Shown here one piece after another: positions 1-7,279 of a DNA stretch of 26,783 nt (the stretch's first letter is position 1; each line of letters begins with the position of its first letter). Origin of the DNA: a virus (lineage: Duplodnaviria; Caudoviricetes); IMG/VR virus record IMGVR_UViG_3300030376_007003, positions 1 to 26,783 of that record; one strand, written 5' to 3'. Below the pieces are notes generated by a model. It worked only from the letters and a program-made list of their open reading frames with translations. It was not told the DNA's origin and ran no database searches. A program made the position numbers and the translations under genes.

Positions 1-8
1 ACGCCCAC
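1..8. repeat. Left copy of 8-nt terminal direct repeat ACGCCCAC (probable cohesive end)
   Basis: Identical to 26776-26783. The joined ends read CGGA-CGCCCAC-TCCG (dyad) just upstream of terS. Confidence 0.75.
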
Positions 9-63
9 TCCGGTTCTTTGACTTGGTCAGTAATAGATTCCTTAAATTTTTTCAAAGTCGTTT

Positions 64-258
64 TTAATTTTTGAAATGCGTTGGCAAATTTGGAACCATT
101 GCAATTTCATCTTCCCATTCCTCGGATGTGTTAAAATTTTGTGACTCAACAATTTTTGTAATTTCTAAACTTTCAAATCTGCCAGACACATCTAGTATTC
201 TAATTGGTAGTTCTTGAGGTATATTTTTTAATATTTGAATTAATTCTTTAACTTTCAT
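64..258 (-). CDS. Small phage hypothetical protein (MKVKELIQIL-type N-terminus)
   Basis: ATG start overlapping the end of the upstream gene; typical small phage protein composition. Confidence 0.7.
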   Translation of the reverse strand: MKVKELIQILKNIPQELPIRILDVSGRFESLEITKIVESQNFNTSEEWEDEIAMVPNLPTHFKN

Positions 259-913
259 TTATTTTTATTTTATTTGGTTGTTTTGGTTTTCTTCCCCTCT
301 TGCCGTTTACCACTTTGCCTAAAGCCTTTTTTAGTTTTGCTTCTTTTACTATTTTGGCCCCTCGCTCAATTTCCTTAAACTCAAGTTTTGATTGGGCCAT
401 TGCTCGTTTGATTTGCAATGTGGTGGTTTTAAACTTCTTTATTGCTTGGCCTAGCGTAATGTATCCGGTGGGTGGCGTTACTTCCATTGAATATGTTTTA
501 GTTTCAATTCCTAAACTGTTTTTGCCGGTAGCATCTAATTGTGCAGCTAAATCTTTTGTAACCCGGTCAACATATTGGTGGCTAAACCCAAAATGCCGGG
601 CAATCTGCCGTAAGCTTGTAATGTTCTGGCCGTTACTTTCAACCTGTGCGTGGTATCCCAACGCCCTAAGTACACAAAACCCATGTAAACTTTGAGCCAT
701 TCGCATTGTTAGCTTCTTTACAAATTCTGCCGTACCAAGCTTTATTTGGTCCTCGGTCCATTCTTCTATCTCGGCCACCATTTCCTCTGGGTAATCATAC
801 CTAGAAATTATTTCTGTTAGGCTGTTTTGGGTTATACTGTCTGCTGCCTCGGCTGCTTGTTCCTTAGAATAATCTAGTGCGTCCGTATAGGACATATAGC
901 GCCCTTTGCCCAT
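248..913 (-). CDS. HTH DNA-binding protein, putative late-transcription regulator
   Basis: HTH SLRQIARHFGFSHQYVDRV, a second wHTH-like segment GYITLGQAIKKFKTTTLQIKR, and a basic tail KRGRKPK. It is near the end of the early region. Confidence 0.6.
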   Translation of the reverse strand: MGKGRYMSYTDALDYSKEQAAEAADSITQNSLTEIISRYDYPEEMVAEIEEWTEDQIKLGTAEFVKKLTMRMAQSLHGFCVLRALGYHAQVESNGQNITSLRQIARHFGFSHQYVDRVTKDLAAQLDATGKNSLGIETKTYSMEVTPPTGYITLGQAIKKFKTTTLQIKRAMAQSKLEFKEIERGAKIVKEAKLKKALGKVVNGKRGRKPKQPNKIKINES

Positions 914-920
914 TTTATTT

Positions 921-1007
921 TTAAGTTAGCAGCCAACCCCAAAGCATAACTAAAATAAGCATAAGTAAAATAAAACCGGTATCTTTTTGTAAGTCATTCC
1001 AATTCAT
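921..1007 (-). CDS. 28-aa single-pass membrane peptide (not in ORF track)
   Basis: MNWNDLQKDTGFILLMLILVMLWGWLLT*; its ATG overlaps the upstream TGA (ATGA) and it fills the gap. Confidence 0.65.
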   Translation of the reverse strand: MNWNDLQKDTGFILLMLILVMLWGWLLT

Positions 1008-1462
1008 AATTTAATCCATTTGCATTTCTCTTTTGGGCATTTAAGCACATTTTGTTTTCTTCCATCTCGGCCATCTGTTTGTTTTGTAGTAATCCAATAT
1101 TTTTCTGATTTTCCACTTATAATTATTGCGTGTGTGCAATCTTGACTTAACACAATTATAAATAAGGGTTTTGGGTTTTTGTCTTCCCATGCATGGGCTG
1201 CCATTACATTGACATATTTAAACGGCCAATCATCTACAGATTTAAAATTAACAACCAAAGTTTGTTTTACTTCAATTGGCATATTTAAAAACAAATCATA
1301 GTCATCTACAAAATCCATGCGGCTTTCAAAATCCGGGCTTTCCTTGTTTGGTAATAGTGTTACCTGGTAATTTAAATTCCTAAGCCATTCAGCTACAATT
1401 AACACCGTTGAATGTGATTGCCGCAACGCAGCTAAAAAATCCCTTTTTGGTGGTTGTGTCAT
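1004..1462 (-). CDS. Putative PD-(D/E)xK-fold nuclease-like protein
   Basis: DDYDLFLNMPIEVKQ resembles D...ExK. ATG at 1462 is preferred over TTG at 1495. Confidence 0.5.
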   Translation of the reverse strand: MTQPPKRDFLAALRQSHSTVLIVAEWLRNLNYQVTLLPNKESPDFESRMDFVDDYDLFLNMPIEVKQTLVVNFKSVDDWPFKYVNVMAAHAWEDKNPKPLFIIVLSQDCTHAIIISGKSEKYWITTKQTDGRDGRKQNVLKCPKEKCKWIKL

Positions 1463-1519
1463 TGGTTCTGTTTCATTGTACAATATTCTGTCCAAGTCTG
1501 CTTAAAGTTTTTTTCATTA

Positions 1520-1987
1520 TTAAATTAATGGTAAATTGCCATTTATGTTTTGGTTCACTTCCGTTAAGCTGCATTTAATGCCGGTGGTGTTTGAATAAAT
1601 TTTGCTAATCTTCAAAGAATAAATTTGCCCATCATCTTTAAAAAAATTGGCCTTGCCCATCTGGTCGCAAAATAGTTTTGCCAGGTTGTCACAATCCGGG
1701 CGTGTGCTACATGGTGCAGCCCCAGACATAATTACGCTTTTTTTTTCGCTTTTTCTCCAAGGATATTGCCAAATCAATTCCAATTGCAATGGACCTTCGT
1801 ATGGCGTGGCCGGACGGTGTGGCAATAGTAAGGTATAGATTTCATTTGCTACGCCTTTGGCCTTACTGTTTTGGCCAATAAATGGCGTACCGTGCTTGGT
1901 CTTAAATATTCTTGCCCCGGCTTGGTGGGTTGTCTTGGGTGGTATACAATCCAAGAAAAATGTTTTATTTCGTGTGCTGCCTATCAT
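1520..1987 (-). CDS. rusA: RusA-family Holliday junction resolvase
   Basis: RPDCDNLAKLFCD...FKDDGQI catalytic motifs; ATGA-coupled to the methyltransferase. Confidence 0.88.
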   Translation of the reverse strand: MIGSTRNKTFFLDCIPPKTTHQAGARIFKTKHGTPFIGQNSKAKGVANEIYTLLLPHRPATPYEGPLQLELIWQYPWRKSEKKSVIMSGAAPCSTRPDCDNLAKLFCDQMGKANFFKDDGQIYSLKISKIYSNTTGIKCSLTEVNQNINGNLPLI

Positions 1988-2940
1988 TTGTTAAATTCCT
2001 TATCTGCTTTTAATATTATTTTTAGAATTTCATATGCAACTTGTGGTACAATTGCGTTGCCATACGCTTTTATTGAATGGCTTCTGTGTCCTCGAGGTCT
2101 GTCCATCCCTTTGGAAATCCCATCATTTCCCCCACAAACCGGTGGTTCAATGGGGAATGCATCCCATGTTCTCCGTGAATGATTCTGCATAAATCCTGTT
2201 GCGAATTGTCTTTTATTCTTTTTTCCCAATATGGTTTTTTGTGTGACAATTTCACAATGCCTGCATTGGGTGTTGGTAGTAGTTTTAAAGAAATCTTTGC
2301 CGCAAAATTGGCATCCATCTGAAGGCAATTCATAGTAGAATGGGTATGTCCATTCTTCGCAGTGTTCACATTGGATTTCTCCGTGGCTGCATTCACAACC
2401 CCCAAAGACAGGCAAGTCACATCTTTTACAGTGCCAGTCTTCATTATTCCGGTATGCGCTTTCTTCTTTGTGTGCAATAATCCAAACTCTGTCTCTTCTA
2501 TGTGGGGCATTGACGGCGCAAGCCGGAATAACAATCGCTTCTGCGGTGTAAAATTCACTTTCCAAGTCAGTAAGCACTTGGTCGAGGCCCATATTGATGT
2601 GTCCACCAACATTTTCAAACAAGCACCAACGGGGCCTGGTGTTTTTAATAATTCTAAATACTTCTGGCCAGAGGTGGCGGTCATCATTTTTGCCTTTTCG
2701 CTGCCCGGCATGGCTGAAAGGTTGGCAAGGGTATCCCCCGCAAATAAGTTCAATTGGTCCATATTCTGTGCCTTTTAATTGTTTTACATCCTTGGCAATT
2801 GGTATGCCTGGAAAGTTTTTTTTTAATACTTTGCGTGGGAACGGTTCTATTTCACAAAATCCAACGGTTTCTATTTCTCCGGTCCAATGGGCTGCTAACG
2901 CAAATCCACCAATACCACTAAATAAATCCAAACTTCTCAT
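1984..2940 (-). CDS. DNA cytosine-C5 methyltransferase, alpha polypeptide (motif IX absent)
   Basis: Motif I DLFSGIGG, IV GGYPCQPFS, VI FENV, VIII HRRDRVWI, X YGNAIVPQVA. Start at ATG 2940 (ATGA overlap). Confidence 0.93.
   Translation of the reverse strand: MRSLDLFSGIGGFALAAHWTGEIETVGFCEIEPFPRKVLKKNFPGIPIAKDVKQLKGTEYGPIELICGGYPCQPFSHAGQRKGKNDDRHLWPEVFRIIKNTRPRWCLFENVGGHINMGLDQVLTDLESEFYTAEAIVIPACAVNAPHRRDRVWIIAHKEESAYRNNEDWHCKRCDLPVFGGCECSHGEIQCEHCEEWTYPFYYELPSDGCQFCGKDFFKTTTNTQCRHCEIVTQKTILGKKNKRQFATGFMQNHSRRTWDAFPIEPPVCGGNDGISKGMDRPRGHRSHSIKAYGNAIVPQVAYEILKIILKADKEFNK
2070..2762 (-). CDS. Nested alternative-frame beta polypeptide of the C5 methyltransferase (supplies motif IX)
   Basis: 230-aa ORF wholly inside the alpha gene, same strand, different frame; ends LNHRFVGEMMGFPKGWT (motif IX-like) and contains LLPTP. 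Confidence 0.8.
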   Translation of the reverse strand: MDQLNLFAGDTLANLSAMPGSEKAKMMTATSGQKYLELLKTPGPVGACLKMLVDTSIWASTKCLLTWKVNFTPQKRLLFRLAPSMPHIEETEFGLLHTKKKAHTGIMKTGTVKDVTCLSLGVVNAATEKSNVNTAKNGHTHSTMNCLQMDANFAAKISLKLLPTPNAGIVKLSHKKPYWEKRIKDNSQQDLCRIIHGEHGMHSPLNHRFVGEMMGFPKGWTDLEDTEAIQ

Positions 2941-3122
2941 TTGTTTGCCTCTTTTTCTAAAACTTCCCTTGCCCACCAGGATAAACTTTTGCCCTGGCTT
3001 GCTGCCTTGGCTACAAATATGGCTTTTTGTTTTGGCGTTAATGAAACACTTAATTGGCTATTTGGTTTTCTTGGCTGCAACTTTTCACCATTAGAATAAT
3101 TTTCTGCCCTTCGTATTTTCAT
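2937..3122 (-). CDS. Ribbon-helix-helix (Arc/CopG-like) DNA-binding protein
   Basis: SQLSVSLTPKQKAIFVAKAASQGKSLSWWAREVL fits the RHH pattern; ATG 3122 overlaps the upstream TGA. Confidence 0.7.
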   Translation of the reverse strand: MKIRRAENYSNGEKLQPRKPNSQLSVSLTPKQKAIFVAKAASQGKSLSWWAREVLEKEANK

Positions 3123-3730
3123 ATCAATTTCAAGCAAGTGCTATCTTCTTTAATTCTGCGGCAAACTGCTTCCCCGGTTTCCCTTTGCCCAAACCGTGCC
3201 GCCAATGTGGTTGGGCTAAAATTGGTGGTATAAATGGTTGGCAATAAATTATCCATTCTTTCCCTTATTAGTTCAAATATGGCCGATTCTGCGGTGGGTG
3301 TGGTCCTTTCCTTTCCTAAATCATCTACCAATAAAAGCTTTTGAAATATTAATTTTTCCATTAGTTCCGGTTCCCTTAATATTCGCCTAACAAATGATTC
3401 TGCACCAATTGCCATTGGTTTAGCTCCGGTGTTTAAATATCTAGTTTTGATTGCTTCCCAGGCAATGCGAGTTTTCCCGGTGCCGGTGGTTCCGCTCAAT
3501 AATAAATTTAATGGCTGCTTGGTTGGATGGTTTGCCCATGTCAATGCTTGGGCTAATTCTTTGCTTGGCAATCTGCCTTGCTCTGTTACCTGGCAAAATG
3601 CCGGTACAATTACATTTAATTCTAAGTGCCTCAGTTCTGCCCTTTCCTTTGCCCTTGCTTGTTCAATCTCTTCTTCGCTCATTAAATCATCCGGTAATTT
3701 AAAACCGGTTATTTGTTCAAATTCTTTCAT
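3119..3730 (-). CDS. DnaC/IstB-like AAA+ helicase loader
   Basis: Walker A GTTGTGKT, Walker B LLLVDDLG, sensor TIYTTN; follows the initiator gene. Confidence 0.88.
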   Translation of the reverse strand: MKEFEQITGFKLPDDLMSEEEIEQARAKERAELRHLELNVIVPAFCQVTEQGRLPSKELAQALTWANHPTKQPLNLLLSGTTGTGKTRIAWEAIKTRYLNTGAKPMAIGAESFVRRILREPELMEKLIFQKLLLVDDLGKERTTPTAESAIFELIRERMDNLLPTIYTTNFSPTTLAARFGQRETGEAVCRRIKEDSTCLKLI

Positions 3731-3737
3731 GGTTTTA

Positions 3738-3762
3738 TTTAGTTAGTTTAGTTAGTTAGTTT
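3738..3762. repeat. Short TTAG tandem repeats in the initiator/loader intergenic spacer
   Basis: ttagttagttttagttagttagttt. Confidence 0.5.
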
Positions 3763-4511
3763 GCCCACTCGTCAAAGTCCGGCTTTTGGTTATTTTCTCC
3801 ATCTTCAAAAATCCTTAAAAATGGGTCCGCTCTCGTTGCGTAATCAATATTGGCAATCCATCCTCTTTGGTTCTGCCCGGTCATAAATGGAATATTTACA
3901 AGCTTTTGAAAGGTGGCCTCTATTTCCTCAATTGTGTAATCTTTACAAAGTGCCTTAATTTGGGTTTTGCGTTTTTTACTTAACCGGGTGGCTTTTGGGC
4001 AATTGGTCCCGGCTGCTGCCTCGTTCCAAATTTCCGTAATTTTTGCATATGGTGTTTGGTCTGCCTTTTTTTCTTCTTTAAATTTAACAAGCACACCACC
4101 GGGCTTATTTGGCTTATTTCTTAAATAAGTATTATCTTCTCTTATCTTATCTTCTCTTCTCTTCTCTAGTCCGACTTTTGTCCGTCTATTTTCGGACTTC
4201 CGTTTTGCATCAACTGCCCTAGCCTTGGCCGTTTGCCCATTATGATTGGTAAAATTTGGTAATATTAACTTACCCTCTGAATGCTCCAACCATCCGATAT
4301 TTACTAGGGTTTCAGCAAAACCGGGTGTGGTCAATTCGTCCACTATTTCTAGAGTTCCAATTGTCTCACCGTCTTCACTTATTTGGTCAAACCAAGTCCA
4401 TAAAATAAGCAAATGGCCTAAAGTTTCGGCCTTATTTAAGCTTAAATTTTTCTTAATTAAGAAAATCTCCGGCTTATTTAAGGTGGTGTGGTCAAATTTA
4501 ATCCACGCCAT
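3756..4511 (-). CDS. Phage replication initiator (replisome organiser)
   Basis: MAWIK...WTWFD...PNF N-terminal domain, EKRREDKIRE linker, C-terminal GWIANID helical domain; upstream of the DnaC-like gene. Confidence 0.78.
   Translation of the reverse strand: MAWIKFDHTTLNKPEIFLIKKNLSLNKAETLGHLLILWTWFDQISEDGETIGTLEIVDELTTPGFAETLVNIGWLEHSEGKLILPNFTNHNGQTAKARAVDAKRKSENRRTKVGLEKRREDKIREDNTYLRNKPNKPGGVLVKFKEEKKADQTPYAKITEIWNEAAAGTNCPKATRLSKKRKTQIKALCKDYTIEEIEATFQKLVNIPFMTGQNQRGWIANIDYATRADPFLRIFEDGENNQKPDFDEWAN
4135..4202. other. Putative replication origin (iteron-like repeats plus purine-strand-biased tract) inside the initiator gene
   Basis: GTCCG at 4169 and 4180; inverted repeat AGTCCGA (4168-4174)/TCGGACT (4192-4198); adjacent (CTTCT/CTTAT)n tract. 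Lambdoid origins lie within the initiator gene. Confidence 0.4.
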
Positions 4512-4917
4512 AATTACCCCCTATATCCTTATTTAAGGTAACTTTGTTACCGCATTTTTTTAATTCTCTTTGTATTGCTTGGGTAGCGTGGCGCACCTTT
4601 TTTAATGCCTCGCTTTCAATCTGTCGTATCCTTTCCCTAGTACAACCGGCAACTTCTGCAATTTGTTCTAAAGTCCATGCTTCACCCGGTTCTTGTAAAG
4701 CTCTAGCAATTCTCAGCCCTTCATCAACGGCCATTTGCTTTTTTGCGTTTTCAACCCCTTTTTTAAAACTTCGTTGGCCATTTACCCATTGGCGTGTGCA
4801 GTTGGTGGTCATATTATACTGCTTGGCCAATCTTTCCGCTGCTTGGCGTATATTTTCGCCCGGCAGCATTGGTGCTTTGTCTTGAGAATTTGTGCCGCTT
4901 CCGATAATTCCCCTCAA
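4498..4917 (-). CDS. Stand-alone sigma70 region-4 domain protein with an additional N-terminal HTH
   Basis: WTLEQIAEVAGCTRERIRQIESEALKKVR closely matches RpoD region 4.2 (TRERIRQIE.KAL.KLR). Start uncertain (TTG 4917 or ATG 4869). Confidence 0.8.
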   Translation of the reverse strand: MRGIIGSGTNSQDKAPMLPGENIRQAAERLAKQYNMTTNCTRQWVNGQRSFKKGVENAKKQMAVDEGLRIARALQEPGEAWTLEQIAEVAGCTRERIRQIESEALKKVRHATQAIQRELKKCGNKVTLNKDIGGNYGVD

Positions 4918-4985
4918 CCTTTCCCCCTTCCCATCCACACAAGAAAACCACAAGCCAAAATTTGAATAATGAATAAAATTAACAT
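4914..4985 (-). CDS. 23-aa membrane peptide (not in ORF track)
   Basis: MLILFIIQILACGFLVWMGRGKG*; TAATG overlap with the upstream gene and TTGA overlap downstream. Confidence 0.55.
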   Translation of the reverse strand: MLILFIIQILACGFLVWMGRGKG

Positions 4986-5323
4986 TATTTTTCCTCCTCG
5001 GTTGTCATTAGTGTAAATATTTCTTTTTCTAATTCATCCACTTTGGCGGCCAAAAATTCAATGTACCGGTCTTTTAATCGGTCCAATAATTCTGGTTGTT
5101 TGCAAATTTCCATTGCCTTTAAATAATCTGCTTGGGTTTTAATTTCTTCGTCTGTCATAATTAATTTTTGTTTTTTTGATTTTTGTATATTTTGCCAAAC
5201 TGCATTCCAATATTCTGGGCTGCTATCTCTTTGGTGTTCGGATTCGCACCGGACCGGGTCATAATAAATACTCATTGGGTCCTGGTGGCTCATATGTGGC
5301 CGGATTTGTTTACCAAAATTCAT
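4985..5323 (-). CDS. Hypothetical protein (C-terminal coiled coil)
   Basis: ATGA-coupled ORF in the early operon. Confidence 0.65.
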   Translation of the reverse strand: MNFGKQIRPHMSHQDPMSIYYDPVRCESEHQRDSSPEYWNAVWQNIQKSKKQKLIMTDEEIKTQADYLKAMEICKQPELLDRLKDRYIEFLAAKVDELEKEIFTLMTTEEEK

Positions 5324-5619
5324 TTGTCACCTTCCCAAGCTCTAAAGCTTTTAATATTTTGATTTGCCACCTCAGTTAAATTTTCAAGGTCAAGTGCCAT
5401 GTGGTTTAACTGTACATTGTGCAGTATTTTACTATCTGCTGAATTTTGCCCATCTTTAGTCAAAACTTGCCATTGGCTAAACTCACCTTGTTCATGCCTT
5501 TGAGTAGTAATTGAAATTACCTTGCCCATTTTTATTCCGTCTTCGTGCAAAAAATAAACAAGAGTACCGGGTTTATATAAGTTAAAATGGCACATCGTCT
5601 GATTCTTCCGTTGGGTCAA
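5320..5619 (-). CDS. Hypothetical protein, possible SH3-like beta-barrel
   Basis: YKPGTLVYFLHEDGIKMGKVISI pattern; start uncertain. Confidence 0.6.
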   Translation of the reverse strand: MTQRKNQTMCHFNLYKPGTLVYFLHEDGIKMGKVISITTQRHEQGEFSQWQVLTKDGQNSADSKILHNVQLNHMALDLENLTEVANQNIKSFRAWEGDK

Positions 5620-6340
5620 TTACTTCTTTTCCTGGTAATTCATCCAATTTAACTTTTTTTGTTGGCGGCAAAGGTTTAACCTCGCCTGTTCTTGCCCACT
5701 CAATGGCCATTTTAAAAGCTGCTTCTAATTCATAGTCTTTAAACTCAAATTTTGACTTTGGGCCGGTCATAAATTCTAAATATCCGACATTTTCCGCTGC
5801 CACCTCTTTCAGAGTTTGCCCTTCATATTTTCCAAATGGGACTTTGGTATTTTCCCAATCAAGCAATTCGGTTACATTGTTTTCTTTTGGTTCTTTGTTG
5901 GTCTGAACCGGTCCTGTTGTTGGTCTGTCTTCTAAGTCTTCTAAATCTTCATTTGTAAATAAAGATAAACCAAGACCGGTATAAACTGCTATCACCTTGG
6001 CCGTTGCTCTTTGGAATGCTCTATTTACTTCCGTAGCACAAGGGTTTGCGATTGCTGCAAAACGATTGTCCATAACCGGGAAAAATATACTTGGCGTTCT
6101 CTTTTCTCCGTCCGTTAAAAATGGCAATAAATATATATTGTCATTTAAAAGGTGGAATGGTTGGCCGCCTTCGCCCTTCTCAAAGTCAACGCTAAGTGTT
6201 GGGTGGCGTTCCCTTAGTAATTTCTGAGCTATTGCCCAAGAAATGTATCTTGCTTGAAAAGAGCCGCCCTTTGTGCTTATATGCTCTTTAAGATTTAATT
6301 TGTAATTGGCCGTAAATTCCGGCCCGGTTATTAGTTCCAT
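5582..6340 (-). CDS. Sak3/DUF1071-like single-strand annealing protein with C-terminal FGKY domain and SSB-like tail
   Basis: YISWA, PVMDNR..AI.NP, NRAFQRATAKVIA..GLGLSLF.EDL; then VPFGKYEGQTL...GYLEF; ends DDVPF. Confidence 0.8.
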   Translation of the reverse strand: MELITGPEFTANYKLNLKEHISTKGGSFQARYISWAIAQKLLRERHPTLSVDFEKGEGGQPFHLLNDNIYLLPFLTDGEKRTPSIFFPVMDNRFAAIANPCATEVNRAFQRATAKVIAVYTGLGLSLFTNEDLEDLEDRPTTGPVQTNKEPKENNVTELLDWENTKVPFGKYEGQTLKEVAAENVGYLEFMTGPKSKFEFKDYELEAAFKMAIEWARTGEVKPLPPTKKVKLDELPGKEVIDPTEESDDVPF

Positions 6341-6363
6341 TTTTGCCCTTGGTTGGGGCAAAA
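6341..6363. promoter_or_regulatory. Perfect 8-bp hairpin abutting the annealase start codon
   Basis: TTTTGCCC-ttggttg-GGGCAAAA. Confidence 0.4.
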
Positions 6364-6452
6364 GAAAGGCTAATTTCTATAATTTATAATCAGTAAATTA
6401 CGATTTATTGAAAATAATGCATATTGTACGAATACGCTGCCAATCTTTTGCC

Positions 6453-6917
6453 TTAGTTATTGTTATTATTTGTAATTGCACTTTTCTTGTTTTTTTCTAT
6501 TCGGTCAAACTTTTTCTTTTGCCGTGCAGCAACTGAAAGTTTAGCTAATAGTTTGTAGTAGTTTGAGTCACCTCTAACTTTGTTTTTTCCTGTTCCACTT
6601 TTGCCCCCAATGCGTCCTAAAGTTCTGGCTGCTTCTTTGCCCATTTTTCCACGGTCCGTTATTTCCCAATGTATTCTATGGTTGCATCTTGTAACACATG
6701 AACCCCAAAAAAAGATGTTGTCTAGGGTTTCCGCTTCATCAAAATCTAAACTAGCATACATTCTTAAATTCCTCCAAACTGATTGAGGGAATTTTTTTCT
6801 TTGCATTATTATAATACAATCAGAATATGTTTTAAAAGTGTACCAATTAAAATTTTTAATGTACTTTATTAAACACTTATATCTTGGCGGCTTTTTTCTA
6901 TTTCTTTTGGCCTTCAC
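6453..6917 (-). CDS. Basic hypothetical protein with A.LGRIGGKS (KGG-like) motif; probable first early gene
   Basis: 154-aa ORF with GTG start just downstream of the TTGACA promoter candidate. Confidence 0.55.
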   Translation of the reverse strand: MKAKRNRKKPPRYKCLIKYIKNFNWYTFKTYSDCIIIMQRKKFPQSVWRNLRMYASLDFDEAETLDNIFFWGSCVTRCNHRIHWEITDRGKMGKEAARTLGRIGGKSGTGKNKVRGDSNYYKLLAKLSVAARQKKKFDRIEKNKKSAITNNNNN

Positions 6918-6925
6918 TCGCTTGC

Positions 6926-6954
6926 GTTAAAACAAGCTTTTGCAAAATTGTCAA
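6926..6954 (-). promoter_or_regulatory. Candidate sigma70 early promoter
   Basis: Perfect TTGACA (6949-6954), 17 nt spacer, weak -10 TTTAAC, AT-rich upstream tract. Confidence 0.45.
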
Positions 6955-7004
6955 ATGTTAAAAATTTGGTAAATTAATTATAAAATTTAACGCAACTGAT
7001 AACG

Positions 7005-7166
7005 CTAATTTTTTGGCTTTGTGAATAACTTGTAAATTCGTAAAATCAAATAGACGCAAGTTAGCATACCGGCAGCCAAACCAAACCACTCATTAAGCTG
7101 ACCAATTGAAATACTTGCAATGGTACCTAAAGCCCCAAATATTGGCGTTTTATCAATTTCGCTCAT
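7005..7166 (-). CDS. Putative class II holin, 53 aa (not in ORF track)
   Basis: MSEIDKTPIFGALGTIASISIGQLNEWFGLAAGMLTCVYLILRIYKLFTKPKN*: two hydrophobic segments, basic C-tail, ATGA coupling. Confidence 0.7.
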   Translation of the reverse strand: MSEIDKTPIFGALGTIASISIGQLNEWFGLAAGMLTCVYLILRIYKLFTKPKN

Positions 7167-7279
7167 GCGATTGTATCTAGTAAAATTATTAAAATAATTG
7201 CTGCCACAAATACAGTAAGCATTTTATTTCTTTTTGAAAATCTGTTCCAAGTAAGTTTGAGTAGTTTTAGGTTTTTCAT
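7163..7279 (-). CDS. 38-aa single-TM lysis-cassette peptide (not in ORF track)
   Basis: MKNLKLLKLTWNRFSKRNKMLTVFVAAIILIILLDTIA*; ATGA overlaps on both sides. Confidence 0.7.
   Translation of the reverse strand: MKNLKLLKLTWNRFSKRNKMLTVFVAAIILIILLDTIA

Noticed and set aside
1-8. Terminal 8-mer as an assembler k-mer overlap or prophage att core
   Set aside because: It is far shorter than usual k-mer overlaps, no integrase is present, and its position beside terS within a dyad fits cos better. Not fully excluded.
1459-1517. Tiny ORF or possible homopolymer frameshift between rusA and the nuclease-like gene
   Set aside because: Only 14 codons as written; cannot be judged without reads.
5324-5332. 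GGTGACA just before ATG 5323
   Set aside because: The spacing is wrong, it lies in the early region, and it is explained by the coding sequence EGDK.
6378-6445. TATAAT boxes on the plus strand and a TTGGCA...CATTAT candidate on the minus strand
   Set aside because: The region is AT-rich, with no matching -35 or downstream plus-strand gene; the minus-strand match is too weak to call.
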